Source: Octopus sinensis (lineage: Eukaryota). From it: 64,000 nt of DNA. The notes beneath the pieces were generated by a model, which was not told the DNA's origin, did not search any database, and was given only the letters and a program-made list of their open reading frames with translations. Location: contig NC_042999.1 in NCBI RefSeq assembly GCF_006345805.1, forward strand, positions 31,930,001-31,994,000. Reading direction: 5' to 3'. A program made the translations under genes and the position numbers. Shown here in pieces: positions 53,490 through 64,000 of this stretch; position 1 is the stretch's first letter; every line of letters starts with the position of its first letter.

Positions 53490-53529
53490 AAGAAATTTGA
53501 AAAGCTACACGCGAAACCGGTAATTTCTT
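53490..53529 (+). ncRNA. Minimal type I hammerhead ribozyme (U3-A8 variant) in the pLTR
   Basis: AAGAAAT | TTGAAAA | GC-TACAC-GC | GAAA | CCG | GTA^ | ATTTCTT: 7-bp stem I, 2-bp stem II, palindromic ACCGGT stem III. Confidence 0.75.
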
Positions 53530-53703
53530 TAAAAATTTTAAAATTATGTCATTTTAAGGAAAGGAAAAAAATTTTTCCAATATTCTCCAGACATTTTGAC
53601 ACAAATATATATTTTTTAACATTTAAGCCTTCTGTCGTTTTTTCACACTTTACTATTTTCTTATATATTCACCCACGTGCTTTACCAAACAAACTTTCTT
53701 ATC

Positions 53704-53739
<36 letters not shown>

Positions 53740-53859
53740 ATATATAATATTTATATATATATATATATTATATATATATATACATATATATATACATACA
53801 TATATATATATACATACACACATACACACCCACACACCCACATACACACACACACACAT

Positions 53860-53923
<64 letters not shown>

Positions 53924-53934
53924 ATACATATATA

Positions 53935-54200
53935 TAACTTCCGATTTAGTTGAAATTTTACATGTCAAAAAGTGCAAAAGCTACAGGAAAAATAACATTC
54001 TTATTGGAATTTCCATTCAAGCGCCCGATTGAGCGTACAAAAGTCGATGCCAAAGGAGCATTATCGAGTTTTTGAATAATTCCGGTTTTATTTGGACTCC
54101 AGAGCATCTGATCTACCTATAGACAAAATATCGTTTAAATCGGTTGGACGGTGTGGGAGGAGTTAGTGTAACCCCAAACACACAGACAGAAACTTTCACA
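53935..54200 (+). mobile_element. Possible terminus of a non-autonomous Helitron/Helentron-like element
   Basis: aaatcggttggacggtgtgggaggagttag..acacacagacagaaactttc resembles DINE/Lep1-type termini (recalled resemblance). Confidence 0.35.
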
Positions 54201-54265
54201 CATGTATGTATATATACATATGAGTGTGTGTGTGTGTGTGTGTAAGTATATATATGTATATAAAC

Positions 54266-55470
54266 CTACTAGCAAACGCACCCGTCCTTTTGACTGTGTA
54301 CTTCATTATAATGCCGCACTCATTTGGATGGTTTAGGTTGAATGGGCCCGCAGTTAGAAATCGGTTCAAGTTGATAAAGGTAAGATGTATGATAACGAAT
54401 TTTGCAAGCAGTTTCTTATATGGTATTAAGCAACTTAGATAATGAGCAATTTTTTTTTTACAACTCAAATTTGTGAGTTAGCAATAAACGAAATTCCATG
54501 AAATGACATTGCAAGTGCACTAGGTATTAGGATTCCTATGTCTTACTTGAAGCGTTCTGTAGCTTGTAGCTATTTTACTCGCAAAGCCTGACACAACCGT
54601 ATTGAAGCTTTTTTAAATGAAATTCCTGTATGATAAAATGCCCACCGTCTGCCCAATGGTTGATGTGCCTGTCCGCAGAGTCTTCAAATTTTTATTCGTT
54701 TTAAGTCGCATTATACTTTGTTCATCTGTTGAAGACCTTGCAGCGGATATTAAAGCGACGTTCAAAGCCTAACGATTTGTGCGCTGTGCTTGTTATTCTG
54801 CAGTCTTTGCATCAACAGTAGTGTCAGCATTACGCTTCCTTCGGGTGGTGATTTGTGCTGGTGACTCTGCAGCATATGGAGCAGCAATAGTTTTAGTATT
54901 GCATGCCCTCCGAGCTGGGCGTTGTTGTGGCTATGAAGCACTTGCTATGGCAGTAGTTTCAGCATTACGATTCCTTTGGGTAGTTCCGCTGTTGTGGGAT
55001 AACTGCAGCCAACCGGATAGCGAGTCGTTGAGGTGACTGTGTAGCCCTTGCAGCTAAAATTTTTTGGCAAGACGGGCTAACGGGATAGTCCGCTGTTGCA
55101 GTGACGCGGTAGCCCTGCCGTGGCGACAGCAACAGTTGCAGCCTGACAGGGTAAGCGAGCCACAAGCTCTTCTTCAGACTTTGAAGCGTTAATGGTTGCA
55201 GAAGTTCCAAGTGCGTGTACTGCGCGGGCACCGGCTTCGTAAGTAGCCTGATGGGACCTTTGGTCTTGAGTTACGTTATCCCGATATCTTCTGGTTTTCA
55301 CGGCAGCGTGGTACAGTCTACCAATGCATGTTCATTACAGAGTTATCTTCAAACTGCAGGGGGTAGGGGTTTAAGTCGAATGCTTTACTGTTGTTTGTTG
55401 TATTATTCTTTGCTGAGTGTGTTCAGAAAGTGTCAAACGTGTTGGGACGTGTGAGCCTTACAACATTCTG
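54266..55470 (-). mobile_element. Probable internally deleted Helitron relic
   Basis: Minus strand ends ..ggacgggtgcgtttgCTAGT after a degenerate hairpin; encodes decayed Ala/Arg-rich repeats (ASKSEEELVARL, AARATQSPQRLAIRLAA, AAESPAQITTRRKRNA) like RepHel N-terminal repeats. Confidence 0.5.
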
Positions 55471-55634
55471 ACATACGTTTTGGAAAAAAAATTATATATA
55501 TGTATATATTATATATTATATTAATTATATTTATATTATTTGTTATCTATGTATCGGTTTAGGTCTATCAGTGTTTGAGTTGCCTAATAGTGGTTTTATC
55601 TCTAATTCAAATTATATATATATATAAATATATA

Positions 55635-56010
55635 TATATATATTGCAGCGTGGAAGGTGTTTATAGGCCATTTAAGAAACACACAAAAACCTTTAGATTC
55701 ACTTCAACATTAAAATTTAATTTGTCAAAATATTTTCGTCGCTTTGAGACCGCGACCTGTTCATTGTCAAAATTCGTGCCAAGTTCCCTCGTGTTGATCT
55801 TACGGAACTCCACTTCATTCTTACAGATTACCTGAATGCATTTCTCCACCGATGTCTATAGATGGGTAGAGTGAAATTACATCCATAATACTCACTACAC
55901 AATCTCTGAGGTCGTTTGAGTGGTTGCAAGTACTGATTTGAATGAGATCTTCCGGGCTCAGAGAGATACCTGGTGACATCTGTATGAGAGGTCGCAAATA
56001 CATGTGAGAA
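55635..56010 (-). mobile_element. Second-family PLE relic: RT fragment joined to a pLTR-like end
   Basis: DCVVSIMDVISLYPSIDI is the PLE RT motif A; followed by an HHR-like motif and a TA array. Confidence 0.7.
55721..55771 (-). ncRNA. Decayed type I hammerhead ribozyme
   Basis: TTTGACA | ATGAACA | G-GTCGC ggtctcaaa GCGAC | GAAA | ATAT | TT^ | TGACAAA; stems preserved, core mutated. Confidence 0.5.
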
Positions 56011-56343
56011 GAAGTAGGACAGTCCATATAACCATATAGATATGAAAGTAAACAATCAACATACAGACAGATAGGTACATAGGTTATATAAACAGACAAG
56101 CACACATACGCACACATACACAAATGAAGTCTGAAACACATGACCTTGTATACACACACAATTTACTTCACACAAGGATACATTTGGAGACACACATCCA
56201 TACATACAAACATGGTACATAGTTGCAAAGCACACATATACTAACACCCACACATACGCAAGAATATGTGAAAATATTACCGATGAGTGTCATAAATCAT
56301 AAGGCACTAAAATATAATTATTCTCCACAGACACAACAGTATA

Positions 56344-56428
<85 letters not shown>

Positions 56429-57031
56429 ATATATATAACTTGTACATTTAAGCACATAAGAGACATTCGTCATAGGACTCCTTGCACGCTAGAGAGAACA
56501 GTTAAATTCCGAACCGCTCTTAGGGATATATTTCGAAGGGAATGAAAAATGAAAACATTTACATTCTCACCCCTAGAACAATGGTTTCAGATATTTTTTT
56601 AGGAAATAAAATAATTTACTAGACTAAGTGTTCTTCAGCAGGTACACCTTAGATTAAATATATATGCACGAGGCAATCCAGTATAACCAAGGCAATGAAT
56701 GAAGTCTACCCTTTAACGTATATGCCTAGATCTATATATATAACGGTGCACAAACTCTGTACACGAAGGTACGTTGCTTCAAAGAAATGCATAAATTATT
56801 TCTGAGAACTGGTGATGTCCGTAGACTTATATTGATGTGGAGACAGTAAATTAACTTCGAAAATATAAGGAGGCAGATAGTGCTTGATATAGCCTACTGG
56901 AGACGATGTTTCCTAAGGCTATATAACAGTTACAATCGTCCTAACCAGGACTGCCTCATTATGTTGGCAAATGATATTTATACTAGATAGAGTACTGTTA
57001 CTGATTATCTCTCGTTCAGCGATTTAGAATA

Positions 57032-57102
<71 letters not shown>

Positions 57103-57275
57103 TAATTATATTTATATTATTTGTTATTATGTATTGGTTTATGTCTATCACTGTTTGAGTTACCTAATAGTGGTTTAATCTCTAATTCATATTTTATATA
57201 TTTATACTGTGAAATTTGGTTTAATAAAAGTGTGGAGCCATACTCTCTATTCTGCTTCTTCTTCTTCTTCTTCTT

Positions 57276-57362
<87 letters not shown>

Positions 57363-57493
57363 TATATACACATATGTATATATATATATACACATATGTA
57401 TATATATATATATATAATATAATATATATATAATATATATATATATATAATATATATATATATATTATATATATATATATAATATATATATAT

Positions 57494-57625
57494 ATTTATT
57501 ATATAGAAGGAGCTTCTACAGGACTAGAACTGTTTCATTCAAGAGAAAACTTCAGGAAGCTTCCTGAAGATTTCTCTTGAATGAAACACTTCTAGTCCTG
57601 TAGAAGCTCCTTCTATATAATAAAT
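57494..57625. ncRNA. 132-bp palindrome of two head-to-head type I hammerhead motifs
   Basis: Centre GGAAG|CTTCC at 57559/57560, only 2 mismatches; plus-strand HHR at 57558-57608: AGCTTC | CTGAAGA | tTTC tctt GAAt | GAAA | CAC ttctagtc CTG | TA^ | GAAGCT. Confidence 0.8.
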
Positions 57626-57701
57626 TAATTTTACTCTGCTATGTATTGAGTACCTTATTTACTGTGGTTAACCCCGAATCAACCCGGGACCTACATATAT
57701 A

Positions 57702-57731
<30 letters not shown>

Positions 57732-57739
<8 letters not shown>

Positions 57740-57987
57740 GTGAAAAAACTACAGAAGGCTCGGTTTACAAGGTTAAAGAATATATTTAAGTCGTTACGTT
57801 TGAAAAATGCAATAAAATGTTGTATATAGTAACAGTTTTTGGAGAAATAATCGGTTTCGTGTAGACTTTTCGAATTTCTCAAATTTCTTTACCTACATCG
57901 TGTTATGTCTTCGCTATGAAGTGCAAAGAGGAGTTCCAGGCAGGGGAAGGTAATAAGGAATGTCATCCGGTATAAGAGAGATAATCG

Positions 57988-58083
<96 letters not shown>

Positions 58084-58542
58084 ATAACCTGAGTTTCTCT
58101 GTATAAGAAAGTTAGGATGGTTAAGTACAGGCTTATATTTTTCAAAGAAGAATGTTTCCTTGTTTAATCTAATTTGTGTTTTGTATTCCATTGGCACATT
58201 GGAAACATGGAAGGAATTAAAATTGTTGTAGTAGTTGCTTTGTGCATTTCTCAATATGCTCACTAAAGGGTATCATTCTGTATTCTGGGAATGCAATCTG
58301 TTGTCGATGCAGATTACATCTGCGTGAACCCTACTTAGTTTTGGTGACAGCCCGAGCATCATATTACATAAATTATGTTTTCAGAAGCACAAGTAAAATT
58401 AGATCTGATCTAAATTTTTGTCCCTCTTTGAAAAGGAATTCTGATCCTTCTAGAAGGTTTGGGCATGTTGCGCAATTTTGTCTAGAACGTTTTTACTTTT
58501 GCATCCGTAATTTCAGAAAACAATTTTGCCTTTGTGAGAATT

Positions 58543-58548
<6 letters not shown>
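57732..58548 (-). mobile_element. Older PLE copy (GIY-YIG + pLTR) related to 51217-53705, with a TA expansion inside
   Basis: Minus strand aligns with 52880-53660 (SEFLFKEGQKF, NIIYVI*CSGCHQ, RLNKETFFFEKYKP); HHR at 57842-57880. Confidence 0.9.
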
Positions 58549-58586
<38 letters not shown>

Positions 58587-58590
<4 letters not shown>

Positions 58591-58895
58591 CGATTATCTC
58601 CTTTATGCCGGAAGAAATCCCTTATTACCTCCCCCTGCCTGGAACTCTTCTTTGAACTTCATAACGAAGACATGACACGATGTAGGTAAAGAAATTTGAG
58701 AAGTTTGAAAAGTTTACCAAAAAACCGGTTATTACTCAAAAATCTATGTTACTATACACAAAATTTTATAACATCTTTATAACATAACGACTTATATATA
58801 TTCTTTAACCATATAAAACAAGCCTTCTGTAGTTTTTCACTCGTTTCTATTTTTATATAGCCAACCACGTCCTTTCACACACCAACTTTCTCACC
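58587..58895 (+). mobile_element. pLTR of the same PLE family in opposite orientation
   Basis: aagcgattatctcc..gccttctgtagtttttcac..ccacgt..aactttct matches 53380-53700; decayed HHR at 58698-58737. Confidence 0.85.
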
Positions 58896-59164
58896 TATAT
58901 ATATATACATATATTCTTCATTCTTTATTACTTATGGAACAGAGTAACTTTTGAGTAGTGTCTTACAAATAGAAATCTATGACTATAACACATCGTATGA
59001 ACCGCCAGAAGATGGAAATGTCACAGGGAATTATAGATTCATGATCTCGAATTATGAAGCGCTACTGTTAAAATAATTTTCACTGCAGGATCACGTTGTA
59101 TATGCAAAATGCAGTCCTTTCAGGACAAGTGAATGCTCATTTGGTTCACACACACACATATATA

Positions 59165-59225
<61 letters not shown>

Positions 59226-59654
59226 AATACATAATAGAAATACTTTATATGATTTATAAGTTGTTTATGTACATGCATAGTTCATATTTAAGGAAAACAA
59301 ATGACGAAGACTGGTTGAGGAAACACGAAACATGTATATTATTTTGACTATCGAGAGGAATGGGAAAATCTTTGATGTCTCGAGTGTACGTTCTTTGGCA
59401 GAAGGGGAGGAGAAGGGAAAATAGAGAGATAACGAAAAAAGTGGAGAAAGAAAACATGTGTAGGTGTTAACGGCTTAACACGATGAAATCAACAGAAGAA
59501 AGAGGCTGAGTGTAATGGAGATGATAACGGTGATCTGACTGAGCTGCAGTGTGTAAGCCTGTGTGAATATGCTAGAATGAAGTATGTGTTTTTGTATATG
59601 TAAATGGGGCGTGCGTGGGTGAATGTATGCGTGGATGCGTGGGCTATGTGTGTG

Positions 59655-59807
59655 TGTAAGTTCACGTGTGTTTCAATCTTTATACGTCTGTGTGAAATTG
59701 TGTGCTTATAAATCATTCAATATTCCATCTAGTCAATAAGACTATGCATACTTCAATTCATTCCTTTGAATAAAATATATCCCTCTATACACAATCATAC
59801 AAAACCC

Positions 59808-59866
<59 letters not shown>

Positions 59867-59879
59867 TTATAACCCCTTT

Positions 59880-59931
<52 letters not shown>

Positions 59932-60416
59932 TGGCAAATATACCTCACATTGTCGTGCAGTTACTGTTTATATATACATGCACACATAGATAGACATAGA
60001 GAAAGACAGACAGACAAATAGATAGACAGATAGATAGATAGATAGATAGATACATACATACATACATACACACATACATACACACATACATACTTACACA
60101 CACACATATATACCTACATACATACATAAATAAATTGAGAGATAGAATTCCACACGAATCTTTTCCCCTCATAAATAATGAAAATCCTGTTCTGTAGATG
60201 CAATGCAACATCTGGAAATATGTTTTCTTTATTTGACTCACTAACCCATCTGTTTGTATTCTCTATATACGCATTCAACTATTGATATGTGTTTGTTTGT
60301 GTGTGTGTGTGTGTGTGAGTGTGAATATATACATTTGTGCTTGTGTCAATGTGCGTGTGTGAGTTCATATGTTTGAATCCTTATACGTCTGTGTGAAATT
60401 GTGTGCTTATAAATCA
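59655..60416. repeat. Direct repeat with an identical 36-bp core (59680-59715 / 60381-60416)
   Basis: ttatacgtctgtgtgaaattgtgtgcttataaatca is present twice, 701 bp apart; similarity extends ~25 bp upstream. Confidence 0.85.
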
Positions 60417-60909
60417 AACAACATTTAACATTTCCCTCCAAGACTTCCGATGTTCAATGTCATATATTTCAATAGCAGCTGCATTACAAGCTTCACTTTG
60501 AAATATTTCGAGTGTAGTTACTTTCAGTTTGCTTTTAGATGTCATTGGATTAACACCTCACACCAGAGCTGAAAATTCCACAGCAATGTTTCATATTAAG
60601 CATTTACGACAATTGTATTAATGAAAACAAAACGGGAACGGTGACAAGCCGGGTACTTGGTAAATTGTGATACTTCTGTAAAAAGTAATCATATGTGGAA
60701 ATTAACCATATATATTTTATTTTACGAATCACATATTAGTAGAGATGCTTGAATATTGTTACATAAAAAAGCTTCTGATCGTTAATTGTCTATGTAAAAT
60801 TTGCAAAAAGAAGCAATGCCTATGACCTTTGAAATCAAAACTTGAGACACCAAAAATAATCTATTTCATTCTACAATACGGAAAATATGTGAAATTTAGA
60901 GGAGATAGG

Positions 60910-61050
60910 TCCAGTTGATTACAATAACTCTAGATTCCAAGTAGAAACAATTTGATTGACGGTGAAACGATTGCAAAAGCAGAATTGACTTGAGTGGAAT
61001 TTTAACTCAGAACTCAATGCTAATGTTACTGCAAGCTCGGCGCTTTAACC
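60910..61050 (-). mobile_element. Heavily degraded SINE family B
   Basis: gcaaaagcagaattgacttgagtggaattttaactcagaac resembles the family B core. Confidence 0.4.
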
Positions 61051-61639
61051 TAATAGAATATTAACCGTGATCCACAACAACCTCAAAGTTAAATTTGTTT
61101 GTTTGTTCTATAAATCTGAATAAAGTATCGTGTTTGCTAAACACCAAATGAAGACTCTTTTACGCTTAACTTATGTCTGATAGTTGGTGATATTTAAATT
61201 TTAAAAAAAGTTTATTCGAAAGTGAATACTATTAGAGATTTAGTATGAGCCCTCTCCTTAAACCCCAATACATGCAACTTTTCATCATGCTAAATATGAT
61301 ACTCAGTTCCGCATCACTGATAAACAAACATCTTTTTCCATTGTTTTATTTAATTTTTATGTGTGGAAATAACAAAGAAATTGCATTTATAATATTTTTC
61401 ATTGGTTTACCAAAATTAGCATGTTCTTCAAACTCCAGGGGATGAATGCTGAGGCGTTATTAATATTTCTCAGTGACAAGTTGCACAGGAATCTTTGCTA
61501 TACGGACCACCGAATAAATATCCGTTGAAGTCAGAGTGAGTCTGATATTGTCACTTGATCTTACATTTCACGTATCATATTCATAGTGGATGTTTCAGAG
61601 ATAAAATGAAAGTGGGAAACAATGTTGACATTTTGGATA

Positions 61640-63170
61640 CCCATTAAACATGCCCAACAAATAGAATAGAAAATATTGAAAAACATTGCCAAACATAGGA
61701 TTTTAAAACCCATTAACTATGCCCAACAAATAGAAAAAATGTGGCAAAACATTGCCGAAGCTAGGACATTAAATCCTGGATATGTAGGTTGACGACACAC
61801 ATATTATAGATAAGACGCTTTTTCTCTGATCCAGAATTACTATAGAATGCCTTCCTAGTCGGTTCTCTGAATAGACACACTGAGGATTATCAATATCTAC
61901 CTTGAATGAAAAAGACTGATGTATAAAAGCTGAAAGTCAAATAGAAGTTTCAGCATTTTGTACACTGAGAGCAAAACCAGTGAAGACCTATCAACACAGA
62001 CCAAAAAAGCATCAATTAGGGGGCCGTAGCTTACTGGGTTTCATACAAAGGAGATATTTGTATTGAATGTATCAATGCATATGGACCTAACAATGGTATT
62101 GGTGAGAGGTTATAGGCCAAATTACAATACATAGAACCACACACTTTCAGATTTACATGAAATTCTCTAGTTCTCCTTGGGGGAATTTATACCAAAATAG
62201 AGAAACAGAATCAACTATGGGAAGACATAATTTGATAGACGGAATTGAAAATTTCATAGTAAATGTACAGCATATTTTAGAACTACATGCAAAGCATGAA
62301 ATATCCATACAACCGACCCATCATCTGAGCATTAAACCGTTTTGCTGAGGCTTAATGCTTTGGCATATCTGTTGCTGCCCAATACCCGGATTAAAACTTA
62401 ACCTTTTCAAGCGTACTTCACTTCCACCAATTCTTTTTGAAGCTATTCAATGGGTCATAGCCGCCGGTCCTCCTCAGGAGTATGTAATGAATGTAAACAT
62501 GGACAACCCTGAGGTGTAAATAGATTCATCATAAATATCCTTATGCGTCGAGTAAAACCAATCCGTTTAGCAACAGAAAATCAAAAATATTAATGATATT
62601 TTTGAAGACGTTCAAAATGCTATTAAAGACATTCCAAAAAGATAAAATATATATATTGAAACTGAAAAGTTCTGTGGATGATTATGTTCCAATTCACAAC
62701 ACTAGATTCGTCCGTAGAGACAAATCCTTAGCTACGCAAAAGTAAAGCAGCTTGCAGATTGCTTTCACGACAGCAATAAATTCAGTGTGAAACAGGAAAT
62801 CCATATACCACTTTAACTAGGCTCTACATCAAATATAAAAACAAAATCGTCTTCTATGCGTTGAAACAGGAATATCAAACATAAAGCAGTGAGATTCAAG
62901 TTTTAAAAAATTGCAATAATATCTTAGACAACTTAGAAATAATAGACAGATGTTGGTAAAAACAAACGTACGTAGAGTTTATGAGGAAAATAACAACAAT
63001 ATCAGGATGCCCACTCTCAGATAAAAAAAATTGAAACACTCATAAAGGATAACATCAATGCAACTGAAAATAATTTTGCAGCCTTGGCTCACAAAACATT
63101 AGGTAGAATGTTAGATTTAGCTGCAATATCAGGAGAATAACGGCAAGAAAATCACTCAGGCAGGATTTAT
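61640..63170 (+). pseudogene. Degraded RTE-like LINE apurinic-endonuclease region
   Basis: CINAYGPNN, SLVLLG, ESTMGRHNLIDG and AALAHKTLG fragments in APE/linker order; ~67-bp tandem duplication at 61642-61775. Confidence 0.45.
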
Positions 63171-64000
63171 TTCTTCTCAACGCTTTCCCAGTTGATACAT
63201 CTAATTTGGAATTATTCTCTCTAATTCTTTATTTATGTCTTGTCCAGAGAATATCATCCACCCTGTACAATGTGATTATTATAACAACTTAACAAAAAAC
63301 GCAGAATCTGTGGACGTTAATGTAGCGTATCAATGTTTTCACATGCAAAAGAAAAAAAATATTAGCAAATGTTTTCCAACCTGATATAAATCCTATCTGC
63401 CAGCCAACATCCAGCATCCAAATGTGAATCGAACATGTTCTGGGATTTTGATATCGTCCAAAGTACAACAATATCATGGTGAATATACTACTAGAAAACG
63501 TTATTACTTTTCTTAAACGGAATTTTTTTCATATTGATAAGAAAATGAAGAATGACCTGACCATATTCATTTTGGTGGACTATTTGGTAGAGGGTTCAGA
63601 AACCAAAGTTTCAGGAGACCAACTGAATGCAATGGGCCATGGAAGTTTTTTTCGTTCACTGATATTTTGAGAATGATAATCATCGAACATGCAAGCTTGG
63701 GGCATCCAGAAATTTCAACGCTTTCACCTTCAGAAAAATTTATCATCAATTATAGAATTATATGAGATGTATTAGTGTGAATCTACTCGGCCAGTATCAG
63801 GATGCCATGTCATCTTTAACAGATCCTTACAGGCGAAATCACCACCTGCAAAGGAAAATTATATCCAATGATTTCTGTCAGCAAAACATGTCACTATCCG
63901 TTGATATATCCAGTATAAAAGGGTGCTGAAATCCGACGTCACTGGAAATACAGGAATTAAAGGTTTCTCTGTGAATGTCTCAACAATAATGAAAGAATTT

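Larger units (their letters stand above)
51217..53705 (+). mobile_element. Young 5'-truncated Penelope-like element with inverted pLTR, inserted in (TA)n
   Basis: RT + GIY-YIG coding region; 51217-51699 is a near-perfect inverted copy of 53188-53668; TA arrays on both sides. Confidence 0.95.
55512..57189. repeat. ~98-bp direct repeat (55512-55609 / 57093-57189)
   Basis: About 6 differences; both copies follow a TA array. Confidence 0.85.

Noticed and set aside
58340-58375. In-frame TGA in the older GIY-YIG as selenocysteine (reported for some PLEs)
   Set aside because: It aligns with Lys in the younger copy, not Cys, and a TAA follows nearby.
59315-59340. TTGAGGA-AACAC-GAAACATGTA as a minimal HHR
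   Set aside because: No stem II and no stem I pairing.

Overview
AT-rich, microsatellite-dense eukaryotic DNA made almost entirely of mobile-element debris. The SINE families and repeat composition suggest a coleoid cephalopod, most likely Octopus (inference). No host protein-coding gene can be supported, and most listed ORFs are microsatellite or antisense artefacts. Recognisable content: at least four tRNA-head SINE families, a full-length mariner (20935-22224), a Tc1 (9702-10910), a Chapaev-like transposase relic, RTE and Tx1-like LINE relics and a probable Helitron relic. Two things stand out. (1) A 2.27 kb retroelement (43735-46006, minus strand) encodes only an RRM+CCHC ORF1, has no ORF2, ends in AATAAA, and sits with a target duplication inside the tRNA-derived head of a SINE. 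(2) A cluster of Penelope-like elements (PLEs) lies in (TA)n arrays at 50.8-58.9 kb. Several share a fold-back architecture and carry hammerhead ribozyme (HHR) motifs, including a minimal HHR with a U3-A8 core variant supported by covariation and a 132-bp palindrome formed by two head-to-head HHRs. Several 60-145 bp local direct repeats also flank microsatellite-rich blocks. All family assignments come from motif reading by eye, not database searches.
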